Source: Stegostoma tigrinum
Lineage: Eukaryota
Reading direction: 5' to 3'
Length of the DNA stretch: 64,000 nt
NCBI RefSeq assembly: GCF_030684315.1
Contig: NC_081360.1
Location: forward strand, 27,759,818 to 27,823,817
Below are positions 51,694-64,000 of this stretch, piece after piece. Made by a program: the position numbers and the translations under genes. The first letter of the stretch is position 1, and the number at the start of each line of letters is the position of its first letter. The notes beneath the pieces were generated by a model. The model did not search any database, was not told the DNA's origin, and worked only from the letters and a program-made list of their open reading frames with translations.

Positions 51694-54600
51694 CTTGTTC
51701 AAAACTAGATTTTGTTAAATTAACATATTCCTAACATAATGAATGTACAATTAGCATAACTAATATCCTTTATTGGATTTTATATCTTTAGACCAGCCAT
51801 CTTTTATGGCATTAGCAGCACAATAATTATGGAGAGAAAACTTTTCAAATAAATTTGAAAATGCATACCAACAAGGTATTCTCCCCATTGTGTTTTATGA
51901 AAATTATGCATTGCTTTACATTGCTTTCAGACTTTCCAGGGCACTAGGAATTTTATTCTAGAAAATCTATGAACGCTGCACCTAAAAAGATTAAGTGTTG
52001 TGGTATTCCACTTTATTTGACACCTTATAGGAGTCAGGAGCAGAAAGGGAGCACTTACTTTGGACATTTTGTTCCCCAGAACTGTACATGAAATACAAAA
52101 GTTCACACAAGGCAAAATGGCAGCAGTTTCAGAAGAGAATTTGAAGAGGCTAAGGCAGCGTCTTTCCTATGCACAGAACATTCTTCCTGTTCTGGGCCTC
52201 CCACACCAGTAGCTCTGGTGGAATCTTGTTCATTCCAGGCATGTCAAAGTGGCCCACTTGATTGGCACCTTCCACATCCAGCACCTTCAATTTTGACTTC
52301 CTACAGGGCCTGCACCAAGGACAGTGATTTGTACAACATGAAAGAAGCACTGCAACATCTTGCCAAAGCTCCTTCGCTGGTACTTTCCAAGGTGCAGCCA
52401 ACAGCGACAACGCATATGAATGTTGTCAACTTCAAGTTCACACACCATCCTAACTTGGAGCAGTATTGCTGTTCCTTCACCCTCACTGAGTTAAAACCTG
52501 AAACTCTCTTCTTACAGCACTGTGGATGTACCTACATCAGATTGGATGCAGTGTTTCAAGGTGATTCACCACCAATTTCTGTAGGACAATTAGGAATAGA
52601 CAATAAACGCTGAACTTGCTACCGATGCACAGAACCTCAGAATGAATAAATAACAACAAACTTTTCTCTGTGACCTTTGATTTGTCATCATCTTCCACCA
52701 TTAGTGATGTTCTCAACTGACAGGTTAGTTTGCACAATATGATGTGTACTTCAGTTAAAACTACATTACTGTGTGTTGGGATGCCCTTGACCCACTAAAT
52801 AAATCATTGCAAAATGAGTAGGTGGCCAACAAATCTGCCTGGTAGTGGCCCAATAAAGTCAATTCCAATGTGGTCAGAGGATAGTTTGGCAGAAGTAGGA
52901 ATCAGAAAAATGCACTATGTATACTAATACTTGAGTTGAGCTGCATAAAAATTAAATATTTTTCAACTGTATTAACAATGTCACATTTAAAGGGTCACTG
53001 GGTTGATTCTCTGGTTTTAAAGGTAATCATTTCTAATGAGACTTGGCTGCCCTCAGGTGACCGGTGAAGCATTTGGAAGAAGTTATCTGCATAACTGATG
53101 ACACACATATAATTGGGCATGGACATCAAGACTTTCATTCAAGCGCAGAACTTGCTGGCAAAACTCAGCAGAGTCTGGCAATATTTGAGGGAGATGGCAA
53201 ATGTAATGACTCTTTAATGGTTGTGCATCAGCTCTAATGAAGATCGCCTGGACCTGAAACATTAGCTCTGCTTTTGCCTCACAGAAACAGCCAGAACTGC
53301 TCAGTTTTTGGAGCAATTTCTGTTGTTGTTGCAGATATCCAGCATCCACAGTTCTTTGGTTTATCTTCTTGAAGATGTCTGGATTTTCCTCACGTTTGAG
53401 AAAATCAGGAACTTGCAACATATAGTCTTCACCCGTTGTGCATCCCCCTATGATGTTTACTTGAACACAGGAGTGATAGAGACAAAAATTGAAGGAAATG
53501 GAGAAATAACAATGGAGAAGAAACCATGAAGAATGTTATCAATTATATGATAGAAAGCAATACCGAATAGTCATACATTTTCAGGAACTAGAATTAAGGC
53601 TTATGTATGAGGCAGGGCATGAGATGCATTTTGTCTGATAAGCTCAAGGAAATGGGACAGAGGCAGTGAAGCTTCTTGGAGAATGTGAATCATTGAAGGA
53701 ACACATTATGAAGTAAAGTGACAAGGAGATGACTGTGTTGTCATCATCTAAATCTTGGAGGATTATCATGTTTCGGGACTGTCTCTTCAGGTTAGGATAA
53801 AATGGATGAATCAGTGGAGTCATGTTATCTGTTCTGAATTCTGCCTAATGACGAGTCTGGTTAGTTTGCCTTTTAAAAATTATCAGGGCCAAAGCTTTTT
53901 TTCTTGGCAAAAAGTGAAAGTTATTCATAGTGATTACACCAGCTGTGCTGATTACAGATAGATGTTAGTCTTCAAATCACAGGAAGGCATTAGGGGTATC
54001 AGACTTCATAAATGGTTACACTTTAAGCTATCTATTTTATTCCAAGATAGAATGGAGTTGAGTCCTTGAGGATCACTAATTAACATTTTGATCTCAGAAC
54101 AAGATACAGGAAAGAATATCTTCACCAGCTCAGGGGTTGTCTGTCTGGTGCCTGTACTCAAAACCCACTTTAACCCTGAAGAAAACCAGTTAACTATTCT
54201 TTCAGCATTTGTTATGAGCTATGACTTTTAATTGATAAGTTGGGGACCATTTGTAAGCAAATCAGCAGTCCTGCATCTCTTGTAAAACAGTAGAAGCATT
54301 GAGAAATGGCAAGGTGAGGGGTGATCAGCAAGGTGATCAGCAAAGACCAACTCAACACATCTTCTGAACAAAGATTACTGAATGGTTTTGCCAGTTTCAC
54401 TCTGTCCATGTAGTTTTCTTTTTCCCTGTCTAAGTCTCTGTGCCCGTGCATATGTCTAAGGAGAAATTTATAAGGGAATTAGAGTTATAGTTAGTATATT
54501 CACATATTGATGGTTTAGATCCCTGTACCTGTAGTTACGTATAATTACTTGTACTAAATAGTAATTATTGCTCAATACAACAACCTGGTCTGTGCTTTCT

Positions 54601-55339
54601 ATTAGTCTGGGTCTAGATATTAGGCAAATTGGGAATTTTGTGTTTTTTAAAAAAATCTTTAAATCTTTTAAAAAAACTCGAGGAATAGCAGGGCTTCATT
54701 TTCAGTGCTTCACCCCAGTGAGGTGTTACAACCGTGAATGCAAATATACAAAGTTAAAGAACAGCTGAGTTAAAGAAATCCGGAAATGATATAGATAGAA
54801 AATGCCATTACAGTGATAAGTGAAATCATCTCATTGAACTGGAAAAACTTTAATACTTTCTAGTGGATTCTAGGACAGAGAGTGACCTCAGAGAATACAT
54901 GACTGGACTTCGTGGAGAAGTTAGAGAATCGAGGAAAAATTCCCAAGTATTTAAAATGCCTGATAAAGTCCTGCATTATTGCATAATCTTGATTATTACA
55001 TTTACGTATTTTTGTTGTATTACACCTGCATTTGAATTTTAAATAAACGCAGAGATTCTTTTGTCCATAAACACCTGCCTACTGCCTTCTTCATTTCACA
55101 TTCCCTAAATAGATCCATTGTCCTGAACCAGGCATCTGGGGATGATTGGATATCTTGGATTCTCCAGCATCTGCAGTTCCCATTATCTCTGGGGATGATA
55201 CAAACAACTTAAAAATCAGCAAATAACTGATTGCAAACCAAAACTCTACAGTTTCAGTTCTTAAGCTATAATGTTGCTTCAAAATCAAACACTAAGCAAT
55301 GCAGGACTAACAAGGAATTTGCTGGTTCATGATTAGTGA

Positions 55340-55840
55340 AGGTTGTGACATAAAAATAGTTGGGGAGGCATGTGGTGAGGATGACATAAACAGAATTTGG
55401 AGGGACATAGACAGGTTAAACAAGTGGCAAAAAACTTGGCAGACAGAAGGTAGTGTGAGAAAATGTTAGATGAAAAATGAGTGGTGACTTGATAGAGGTG
55501 TACAAAATGATCAGAGGTATAGACAGAGTGGACAGCCAGAGACTTTTTTTCCTAGGGTAGAGGTAGTTATTACGAGGAGGCATAGTTTTATTGTGAGTGG
55601 AGGTAGATATAGGGGACACATCAGAGGTAGGTTCTTTACTCAAAGCGTGGTAGGGGCGTGGAATGCATTGCTGGAGAGGATAGTGGAGTCAGCCTCATTA
55701 GGGGCATTAAAGCGGCAATTAGATAGGCATATGGATGATAATATAGGTAGGGGTGGAGGTTAGATAGACCTTAGGCTTAGGGTAAAAATTTGGCACAACA
55801 TCATGGGCTGATGGGCCTGTACTGTGTTCTATGTTCTATA
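55340..55840 (+). mobile_element. CR1 fragments (3' end with TTCTATG tail)
   Basis: GGTGACTTGATAGAGGTGTACAAAAT...TTCTTTACTCA..GTGGTAGGGGCGTGGAATGC. Confidence 0.8.
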
Positions 55841-55854
55841 TACTTTGGCATGCA

Positions 55855-56425
55855 GGGTCATAAATCACACCACACCAGTTTATAGCCCAACAGGGTTATT
55901 TGAAAACACTAGCTTTCTGAGCATTACTCCTTCATCAGATGTAGTGAGAGAGGTATCAAGATGTAGAATTTATAAGTAGAAGATCAAAGGTTCATACAAC
56001 TGATGCAAAATGCATCAAATAAACCTAAAATGGCTGGCTGACTCCCTCACGTCAAATCTTTAACCAGTTAGGAAGGAGATGCAGGTTTCAATTGATTAAA
56101 ATGCAAATCCCAGAATTTCTTTCAAGTCACTGCCCTGAGATAACTAAAGGTTTTACATCTGAATGCAAGAGGTAATATCTCTGGTCAGAAATTGCAATTT
56201 GGGTGTATGAGGCCTTGTTTAGAATCTATCTGTGTTTTAACTCGGAGCCAGACCGGTTTTATTTCCAAAGTAGAATTTATAAAATGCCCCATTGACTGAC
56301 TGTGTCTACGAATTGTGTGCTTTCTGAACAAAATAGAATGTGTCTGCAAATACAAATTTGCAAATGCAAATTCACCCCGAAGATTTATATGTATCTGTGT
56401 GTGTGTGCGTGTGTGTGTGTGTGTG
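55855..56425 (-). mobile_element. Penelope 3' remnant, second family, with hammerhead-like core and (TG)n tract
   Basis: Reverse strand CTGATGA-AGGAG-TAATG-CTCA-GAAA-GCTA at 55910-55938; (TG)n at 56397-56424. Confidence 0.6.
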
Positions 56426-56669
56426 GATAGAGAAGCTGAATATTATTTAAATTATACTATTAAATTATATTATTTAAATGGAGAAAGACTGCAGAAATCT
56501 ACAGCACAGAGGAATTTGTGAGTCCTGTTACATAATACAACAGGCTTGTGTTCAATTTCAACAGGTAATAGAAAAGGCAAATGGAATATCAGCCTTATTT
56601 CAAAGGCAAATGGAGGATAAAAATAGAGAAACTTTGCGAAAACTAAAGAAATCACTCAGTAGAGTCCCA

Positions 56670-57070
56670 GAGTCACAGAGATGTAAACACAGAAACTGAC
56701 CCTTTGATCCAACTCGTCCATGCCGAATAGATATCCTAGATAAATCTAGTCCCATTTGCCAGCATTTGGCCCATATCCCTCTAAAACCTTCCTATTCATA
56801 GGTCTTTTAAATGCTGTAACTGTACCAGCCTCCACTACTTCCACTGGCAGCTCATTCCATACACGCTCTTCCTTCAGCATAAAAAAATTCCCCTTAAAGT
56901 CCCTTTTAAATTTTTCTCTCTCATCCTAAACCTATGCCCTCTAGGTTTTGACTCCCCCACCCTGGGTGAAAGACCTTGTCCATTTACTCTATCCATGCCC
57001 CTCATGATTTTATAAACCTCCAGAAGGTCACCCCTCAGCCTTCAACAGTCCTGGGAAGATAACCTCAGCA
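56670..57070 (-). mobile_element. CR1 3' fragment nested in an older CR1
   Basis: Homologous to 15225-15560 and to the reverse complement of 34700-35090. Confidence 0.8.
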
Positions 57071-57189
57071 TAGCTGGTAAACTGTGAAATTGTTTATTTC
57101 AGGAATGATACACAGGCATTGGAGGCAGTCCAGAGAAAGTTCACTAGGCTGATCACAGATTTCGAGGTACTGTTTTGTAAGATTGCTGA

Positions 57190-57545
57190 GTCACAACAGT
57201 GTGTAAAATCTATACGATGCACTGCAGAAACTCGTTAGACAGCACTTTCCAAATCACAAACACTACCATCTAGAAGGACAACGGCAATGGATATGAGGGA
57301 ATACTACCATCTGCAAGTTTCTCTCCAAGCCACTCACCATCCTGACTTGGAAATACACTGTCATTCCTTCAGTGTGACTGGTTCAAAGTCTTGGAACCCT
57401 CCCCTCCAAAAGCTTAGTGGGTCTACTGACAGCACATGGGCTGCAGCAAATCAAGAAGGTAACTCACCACTACCTTCTCAAGGCCAACTAGTTACACGTA
57501 TCAACACTAGTCAAGTCAGTGACTCCCACATCATAAACGAACTTG
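57190..57545 (+). mobile_element. 3' fragment of the 8100-10190 LINE family
   Basis: CCATCTAGAAGGACAA..GCA, CATCCTGACTTGGAAATA, CAAGAAGG.A.CTCACCAC. Confidence 0.7.
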
Positions 57546-57930
57546 ATATAAGCACGAAGCCAAACCAGAAAGCAAGAACTATAGTAAGCCTGGAAAGCCA
57601 TTGCCTTGTTTTGATAAGAGTTACATCATAACCTAAGGAATTTTCCTTGAGTTCCCTCTCCAGACTGTGTCCTGTTGTCCAAAACGTTAAAGTCTCAGAT
57701 TAATAAGTAAGTATTGGACTTAGAATTTACATTGTAGCCTATAACTTACAAGGTATAATTTCCCAATTTATAGTAAAAATGTTTGATGAGAATATTAGGT
57801 ATTAACATGCCACCCCCCACTGTTGAGTGTAAACATCCAATTCTGTTCCTGTCAGATCATTAAGAGTTTATAGATGAGTGTGAGTTTCTCAAACATCTAA
57901 AGTTGCCAGAAGCTGCTGGTAAATCAAGAA

Positions 57931-58242
57931 TAAGAGATAATGGGAACTGCAGATGCTGGAGAATCCAAGATAATAAAATGTGAGGCTGGATGAACACAGC
58001 AGGCCAAGCAGCATCTCAGGAGCACACTGACCTATCCCCTCCCTACCTCCCCACCTATACTCTCTCCACCTATCTTCTTTACTCTCCATCTTCGGTCCAC
58101 CTCCCCCTCTCTCCCTATTTATTCCAGTTCCCTCTCCCCATCCCCCTCTCTGATGAAGGGTCTAGGCCCGAAACGTCAGCTTTTGTGCTCCTGAGATGCT
58201 GCTTGGCCTGCTGTGTTCATCCAGCCTCACATTTTATTATCT
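57931..58242. mobile_element. young Penelope-derived non-autonomous element with inverted ends
   Basis: Arms 57967-58026 and 58186-58245 are near-perfect reverse complements; TGGTAAATCAAGAA at 57917 and 58243. Confidence 0.9.
58148..58179 (+). ncRNA. minimal type I hammerhead ribozyme motif
   Basis: CTGATGA (58150) - A GGG TCTAGG CCC - GAAAC - GTC (58175-58177); palindromic ACGT in place of helix III; helix I only 2 bp locally. Confidence 0.7.
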
Positions 58243-60623
58243 TGGTAAATCAAGAACACTGGTTGAGGCCTGATCTTTGGAGAACCAGTTATAAGATGCT
58301 GAATACTTTCTTTTTTCCTTGTTGTGGGGCGGAGTTCATGGAAAGAGAGGTTCAGGAGTTGAAGGCAAGGGCATATTGCCACCTTGCCAGAGCCAACTCA
58401 TTCAATCATGCCTCTTTCTTGTCATCTTTCTCACTACACCCAAGGGACGGAAAAGTCTGCCTTAAAACTGAGAATGAGTAAGTGAATACACTACTGCATT
58501 CAATGGATACCTTGGGAATAATGTTATCAACAGTCAAAGCATCAAAGAGAGTACAGAAACTTTTGAATATATCTTAAAAGCTTTACATTCATCAGATGTC
58601 CTTGAAACTTCTGATAAATGCTTCAATTTAAGAACAAATAAATGAACATGGTTCAAGAAAAATCCATATTTAATTTCATCAATGATCTTGACAGATTAAT
58701 GGAAAGTTGTGCATATGGAAAGTTGTGAGTGTGGAGATTTGAAATCAGAATTCATAAGTGAAAGACTTGTTAGAATTCTTCATAAAATTTTGTCTGATGT
58801 CTGACCTCCATGAATGGTGCTGAATATTGTGCAATCATCGGCAAATATCCCACCCACTCACAGGGTCACTGATCTGATTGGACAATAAATCTTAATCCTG
58901 AATCAAGCACAAAGTCAAATAGATGTCCACTATCATAGACAAATTCCATCTCTCTCTCGTCTGATTAGCTTGTTCCCCTAAGATTGTCTTGGCTGTCTTC
59001 TCTATTGGAAGATTCTCATCAAACACAGGTATCTTTTCTAATGGTGGTGGGTATTCTAATTTGTAGACCACTTTACATATGGAACAATCAATACTTTCAC
59101 TTTTCTGAAACTGTGGCTTATTCTGCATTTTTTTTGGAAATACCCAAAACACTTCTGTGTACCAGATTGATTATGCTTCAACTTATAGTAGCTTCTAAGC
59201 TCAACCTATATACGGTCTATTAGTATTTGTGAATATTTTACAGTCAGGTTGTAAATGTATAATGAACATTCTTGGAATTACTAAAAATGAATTGGAATTA
59301 CTAAAAGGCCATTTGTGATTGAATTTCATTGAAATAGTGTTCTAGGCAGTGTGATTTTGATACTCCACCATCCAATTCAGCATATTTAGACAGTTCCACA
59401 TTCAATGTACTCAAATACTATGCAGCAATACTACGATTATTTAGTAGCTATAACTAATTCTGCCAGATATAAAGACTGAACCCCAAGTGTTGACCATTTC
59501 GATGGAATTCACCAAATTACTACATAATTAAAAAATAATTCACTATGGGTGCTGCATAAATATAAGATCCCAGCACTAAAAAATTGTGAACGCTGCTACG
59601 GAATTTCATTGAGATCTTTAGGAGTAAATCTTGATAGATCTGTCATGCTTGATTATCAAGCTTGAATCGAGAAATGAATATTTTCTCAAGTTTCTTAAAA
59701 TATTTATTCAATGAGCAACAGTTAGGAGCTGTCATATCCTGGTGTTTCTGCCTCTGCTGATGCTACCACACTCTGAGCATTTCCATCATCTTGATTTTAT
59801 TTTCAGATATCTGGCATTTGAAGTTTTTCTTAAGTTTCTTTGGTTCATAAGATTTTGTTATGGAAATATGTACTATATAATCAAAACATAGAATTAAGCT
59901 CACATGTTTGAAAATGCTAAGAACCAAAATTAGACATCAAAGCACTTAGGAGACATCACAACAGATGACCAAAGTCTTGGTCTAAGAATTACTTTTACAG
60001 ACCCTTTTGAAGGAGCAGAGAGATGTGGAAAGGAGGAGCAATTAAAGAAAGAATTCCTGAGTTCCTGACCTAAGCAGCTAAAGACCAGCTCATCATGGAT
60101 GGAGCAAGTAAAATTGAGCATGTTCAAGACTCCAAAACTTGGGAGTGCACAGAGAGATCTTGGATAACCGGGGATCTACATGTGACAAAACTGAGTTTAT
60201 TGCATATTAAATTTGTGTTGAATTGTATTCAGATGATGGAAAGTAATTGGGGATTTACCTGATTGTAGGTTTGTAGCTGCACAGTATGCAAAGCGGTTGT
60301 AAATAAAGGATGGATATCAGTGATGGGGGAAATGGAATCATTTAAAACAAATTGAGAATTTTGTTAAACTGGGAGCAAATGCAAGTTATTGAACTCAAGA
60401 ATGATGAGTCTACAAGATTTGGTACAAGTTATAAAGTGGGAGGCAGGGCACATGGAAGTTTACAAAGGGTGCATATTGAGATGCTGGCTGAGTGAACAGG
60501 GAAATAGTAAAGGATTGGAAGAGGCCATGATCAGCCATAACCTAATGGTTGCAGATTTTCTGGAAATAAAAAGCCAAACTAGTTGTCTAACGTCATATTT
60601 AGTCAATGTGATCGTCAATGTGC

Positions 60624-60660
60624 CAGTCCTGAAGAAGCGTAATACCCGAAACATTGACTG
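60624..60660 (+). ncRNA. decayed minimal hammerhead motif in a Penelope-derived fragment
   Basis: Helix I CAGTC/GACTG flanks CTGAAGA...GAAAC-ATT; followed by family arm GATGCTGCCTGGCTTGCTG. Confidence 0.55.
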
Positions 60661-60980
60661 CTCTTTTCCTTCAGATGCTGCCTGGCTTGCTGTTTTATTC
60701 CAGCCTTCTGTTTGTTTGGCTAGTATTCACATCTTTTCTACTTACATATATAAAATAACTAATGAATAAAAGGACAATGCCTGGCTTGTGACAATTCAGC
60801 AGAGTTCAAATGTTTTTTTGTGTATTGTATTCTAAGAATAACAAGGGGCCCCTCAACTTTTGTTTTTTTTTCCCTGCAGGACAAATCAAAATGACATGAA
60901 AGCAAAACACAAAGAGCCAATTGTTATCTGTCACTCTGAATAAAGGTACTTTGCTGAAATATCTGTAACACATTTTAGGT

Positions 60981-61055
60981 TATTTTGCTGATCTATGCTT
61001 GAGATTGTTTATCATAACAAAGGCAGTGTCTGCAATGGTAACTCAAACGTATAAA
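60981..61055 (+). promoter_or_regulatory. proximal promoter of gene 7 (Maf half-site, Sox-type site, TATA)
   Basis: TTTTGCTGA with TGCTGA at 60986, ATAACAAAG near 61015, TATAAA at 61050. Confidence 0.72.
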
Positions 61056-61114
61056 TATGGAGGATCCAGAGTGAGAGCACGTTCAGGCACTGCTTTATTA
61101 ACTGTGAGCTCAAA

Positions 61115-63080
61115 ATGGGAAAGGTGAGGTTGATTCTGATATTATTTACATTTTATTAATGATTCATCAGAAAATACAAATATTTCATTTGCTTCCTTTG
61201 CCCACAGATCATCTTTTACGAGGACAGGAACTTCCAGGGTCGGCACTATGAGTGCAGCAGTGACTGTGCCGACCTGACCCCTTACTTCAGCCGCTGTAAC
61301 TCCATCCGTGTTGAGAGTGACTGGTGGGTGCTGTATGAGAAACCCAATTACATGGGATACCAGTATGTTCTGACCAGGGGAGACTATCCTGACTACCAGC
61401 GCTGGATGGGATTCAATGACTGTGTCAGGTCATGTCGCTTCTACCCATATGTGAGTCACAAGTTCATTGTCCTTGTAGAAAAAAAATGAGCTGGTCAATT
61501 GACTTATATTTAGAAAGATCTGTTTAACTACTTATTTGGATAAAAGTTATTTACTTCATATTTTCATGCAATCAATTTAATTGATAATTATTTGAAATTT
61601 TAATTTGGAACTTAAATTGTAGCCTGCAAATTGGAGGCCTATGCTTGCTCAGTAATTTCCTCAGGACTGTCCTGATTGACTGCTATAATTTTTATGAGAG
61701 AGTAATGGAAAAGCTGATTCCCTGATAGGAGCAAGGGGAAGGTGGGGGCTGATGAATGGACTTTTCTCAGTCTTCTCAGATGGTGATCAATCAAGGCAAT
61801 TTCTGAACAAATTGCCGGTGACATATCACTTGCGAAAGGAAAAACATAAGAGCGCGTAAATATAACAAAGTAGGCACTAAAGTAATGAAAGAACGCATTA
61901 AAGTATATATCAGAGAGCAACATACTTAAAACTAAGGCTGACTTGACTTGTCAACTAACTAACTCGAAAACATAGTGCCAAAGCAAACTTTCTGGGTAAT
62001 CTTCTACTTCTTTCACAGTTGATGTGAAGATATCAAAGAGCCCAGCTTGGATATGCCTCAGTTCAAAAAAGGGATGAAAGTGCAATGTCATTTATCATTA
62101 GTAGATTTAAAAGTTGGAATTACAACAATAAAAACAAACATAATAAGTGAACATCTTCTTGTCTGTCATGGATTCTCCAGCATCTGCAGTTCCCATTGTC
62201 TCTTCTTGTCTGTCATGGATTCTCCAGCATCTGAAGTTCCCATTGTCTCTTGTTGTCTGTCATGTCCACTGAGACTTGCGCTAAGCCAAGTCTTCTCCTG
62301 CAGTTGCATTCAAAAGGGGAAAGTTTGGATTGTTTTTTGTAATGAAGATTTTTATATGCCCTATCATTAGCCTGGCTAGAACTAAGGGTTTGCCTTGGGT
62401 GCAATGGAGGTTTAATGCTTTATAATGGAACAAGTGACTATTTCTGCTGTTAGGGACTATAAGGAACATATTGAAAAAATTAAAGATCAATCTTTCAGGC
62501 TGAACTTAGCACATTGTCCTACTTGCTAAGAGTGGTAGATGTAATTCTTTTCCAAAAATGACAAGTGATGGCAGATCAATGATTAGTTTGGCTAGGCAAA
62601 TTTGTTAAATGAAATTGAGGGAAGGCAAATATTTGGGATTACATCATAATTAGTCACAAGCTCCTTGAATATTGGAATAGAGTTGAGGGGCAAAATAGCC
62701 CACTCCAGTTCTTATGATTCTCGGTTCCCAGTATTAACACGTACACTGCTAAATGTCAAATCAACGTAGCTGCATCAAAAATCTTTCACTTCTTTCTATT
62801 GCAGTACCGAGGAGGGTCCTACAGAATGAGGATTTACGAGAGGCCTGACTTTGGAGGACAGATGATGGAATTCACAGATGACTGTCCATCTGTCTACGAT
62901 CATTTCCGTTACCATGACATCCACTCCTGCCACGTGATGGACGGTTACTGGATCTTCTATGAACATCCCAGCTACAGAGGGCGACAGTACTTCCTGAGAC
63001 CCGGTGAATACAGGAGATACACTGACTGGGGAGCGACCTGTTCAACTATTGGATCATTCAGGCGCATGAGAGATTTCTAA
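61115..63080 (+). CDS. gamma-crystallin gene 7, join(61115-61123,61208-61450,62805-63080), 175 aa
   Basis: Open frame, canonical GT-AG introns, TATAAA 61050, AATAAA 63128. Confidence 0.96.
62155..62265. repeat. 47-bp tandem repeat (2.3 copies) built from a Penelope-terminus fragment, intron 2 of gene 7
   Basis: CTTCTTGTCTGTCATG-GATTCTCCAGCATCTG(C/A)AGTTCCCATTGTCT twice, then CTTGTTGTCTGTCATG. Confidence 0.8.
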
Positions 63081-64000
63081 TTCTTTGCTGAACTAGATTT
63101 TGGCACACAAAAATGTTCTGGAACTTAAATAAATGTCCTTTCATCAGAAATGATTTCTTACCTTTGAATTGCGTGTTTATGTCTCTATTAGTACAGAACT
63201 TTTACAAATTTGAGACAGTAATATTAAAAATAAGAAATTATTCAGAAATTCTCTGAGACCCTCCCGTCAAAAGATTAAATAATGTGCAACTGCACCATTT
63301 GGGACACATTATAAGAGGCATCTGGAACAAAGATGCATTTGTCCAAGGGCATCTTGCTAGGTTTTCCCCTCACCTGGGCTAGGATCAAGAGGAAGACTTC
63401 AGGCTGAGCATGCCTCAGTCTCAGTATTCCCTCCAACAAGACCTCCACTCCACCTCTAAGGCCTTGGCTGCTCTCTTCTTTGGTTCAACGGCCATCCTGC
63501 AAAACCCAACTCTGGGAGAGAGAATGCACGCCACAGCTTCAGTGGAGTTGAGTGGTTGGAGTCCACATATCCTTCCCCATGGAAGTTATGTCTAATCAGC
63601 ACTTAGTTGGTAAATGTGGTCTTGTTTAAAACAACCAAGTAAGTTGAAATTATGACTCGCATCCTTTAGCACCAAACTGGTGTTTTAAATCCTACCGAGC
63701 ATGATCTATCAATATAGTTTCAATTTAGTGTCAGCTTTCACACTTTACCAAAGTATTTCCCCCTTAACAAAATTCTGTCCATGGTCTAATACAATGATAG
63801 AAAATGTGTAAATTCTGTTTAATTCATCCACTACAAAGCAGCCTGGTGGATTAGCATCCCATTTGTCACCTTAAACATTCACTCCATCTGCTACCAGCGT
63901 TGCATACCATTATAATAAGCACTGCAGGAATTCATCAAGTCTACTTTGGCAACATCTTCCAAATTGTCACCTTCTGTGTAAAAAAATTAGCCTTATGTCT

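Noticed and set aside
26968-63080. Assigning specific symbols (CRYGS, crygm, CRYGA-F)
   Set aside because: Proteins lack the N-terminal arm of mammalian gamma-S and are not strongly Met-rich; orthology cannot be fixed without a phylogeny

Overview
Vertebrate genomic DNA, very probably a shark (inferred from the repeat families and the crystallin sequence). The window is a tandem gamma-crystallin cluster with all genes on the + strand and the typical 3-exon layout (9-nt MGK exon, 243-nt exon 2, 276-nt exon 3; 175 aa). I read four intact genes (26968-28637, 38802-40453, 43906-46122, 61115-63080), three pseudogenes (2663-10596, 17780-19333, 49781-51693) and an eighth 'ghost' unit whose promoter is fused to its downstream flank with the gene body deleted (about 12325-14700). 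Exons are nearly identical between paralogs while introns diverge and fall into two alternating lineages. Spacers and introns hold CR1-clade LINEs, two tRNA-derived SINE families, LTR remnants, one decayed Penelope-like element (RT + GIY-YIG) and many short Penelope-derived inverted-repeat elements carrying minimal hammerhead-ribozyme cores and 12-15 bp target-site duplications. There are two assembly gaps. All alignments were done by eye; repeat boundaries are approximate.
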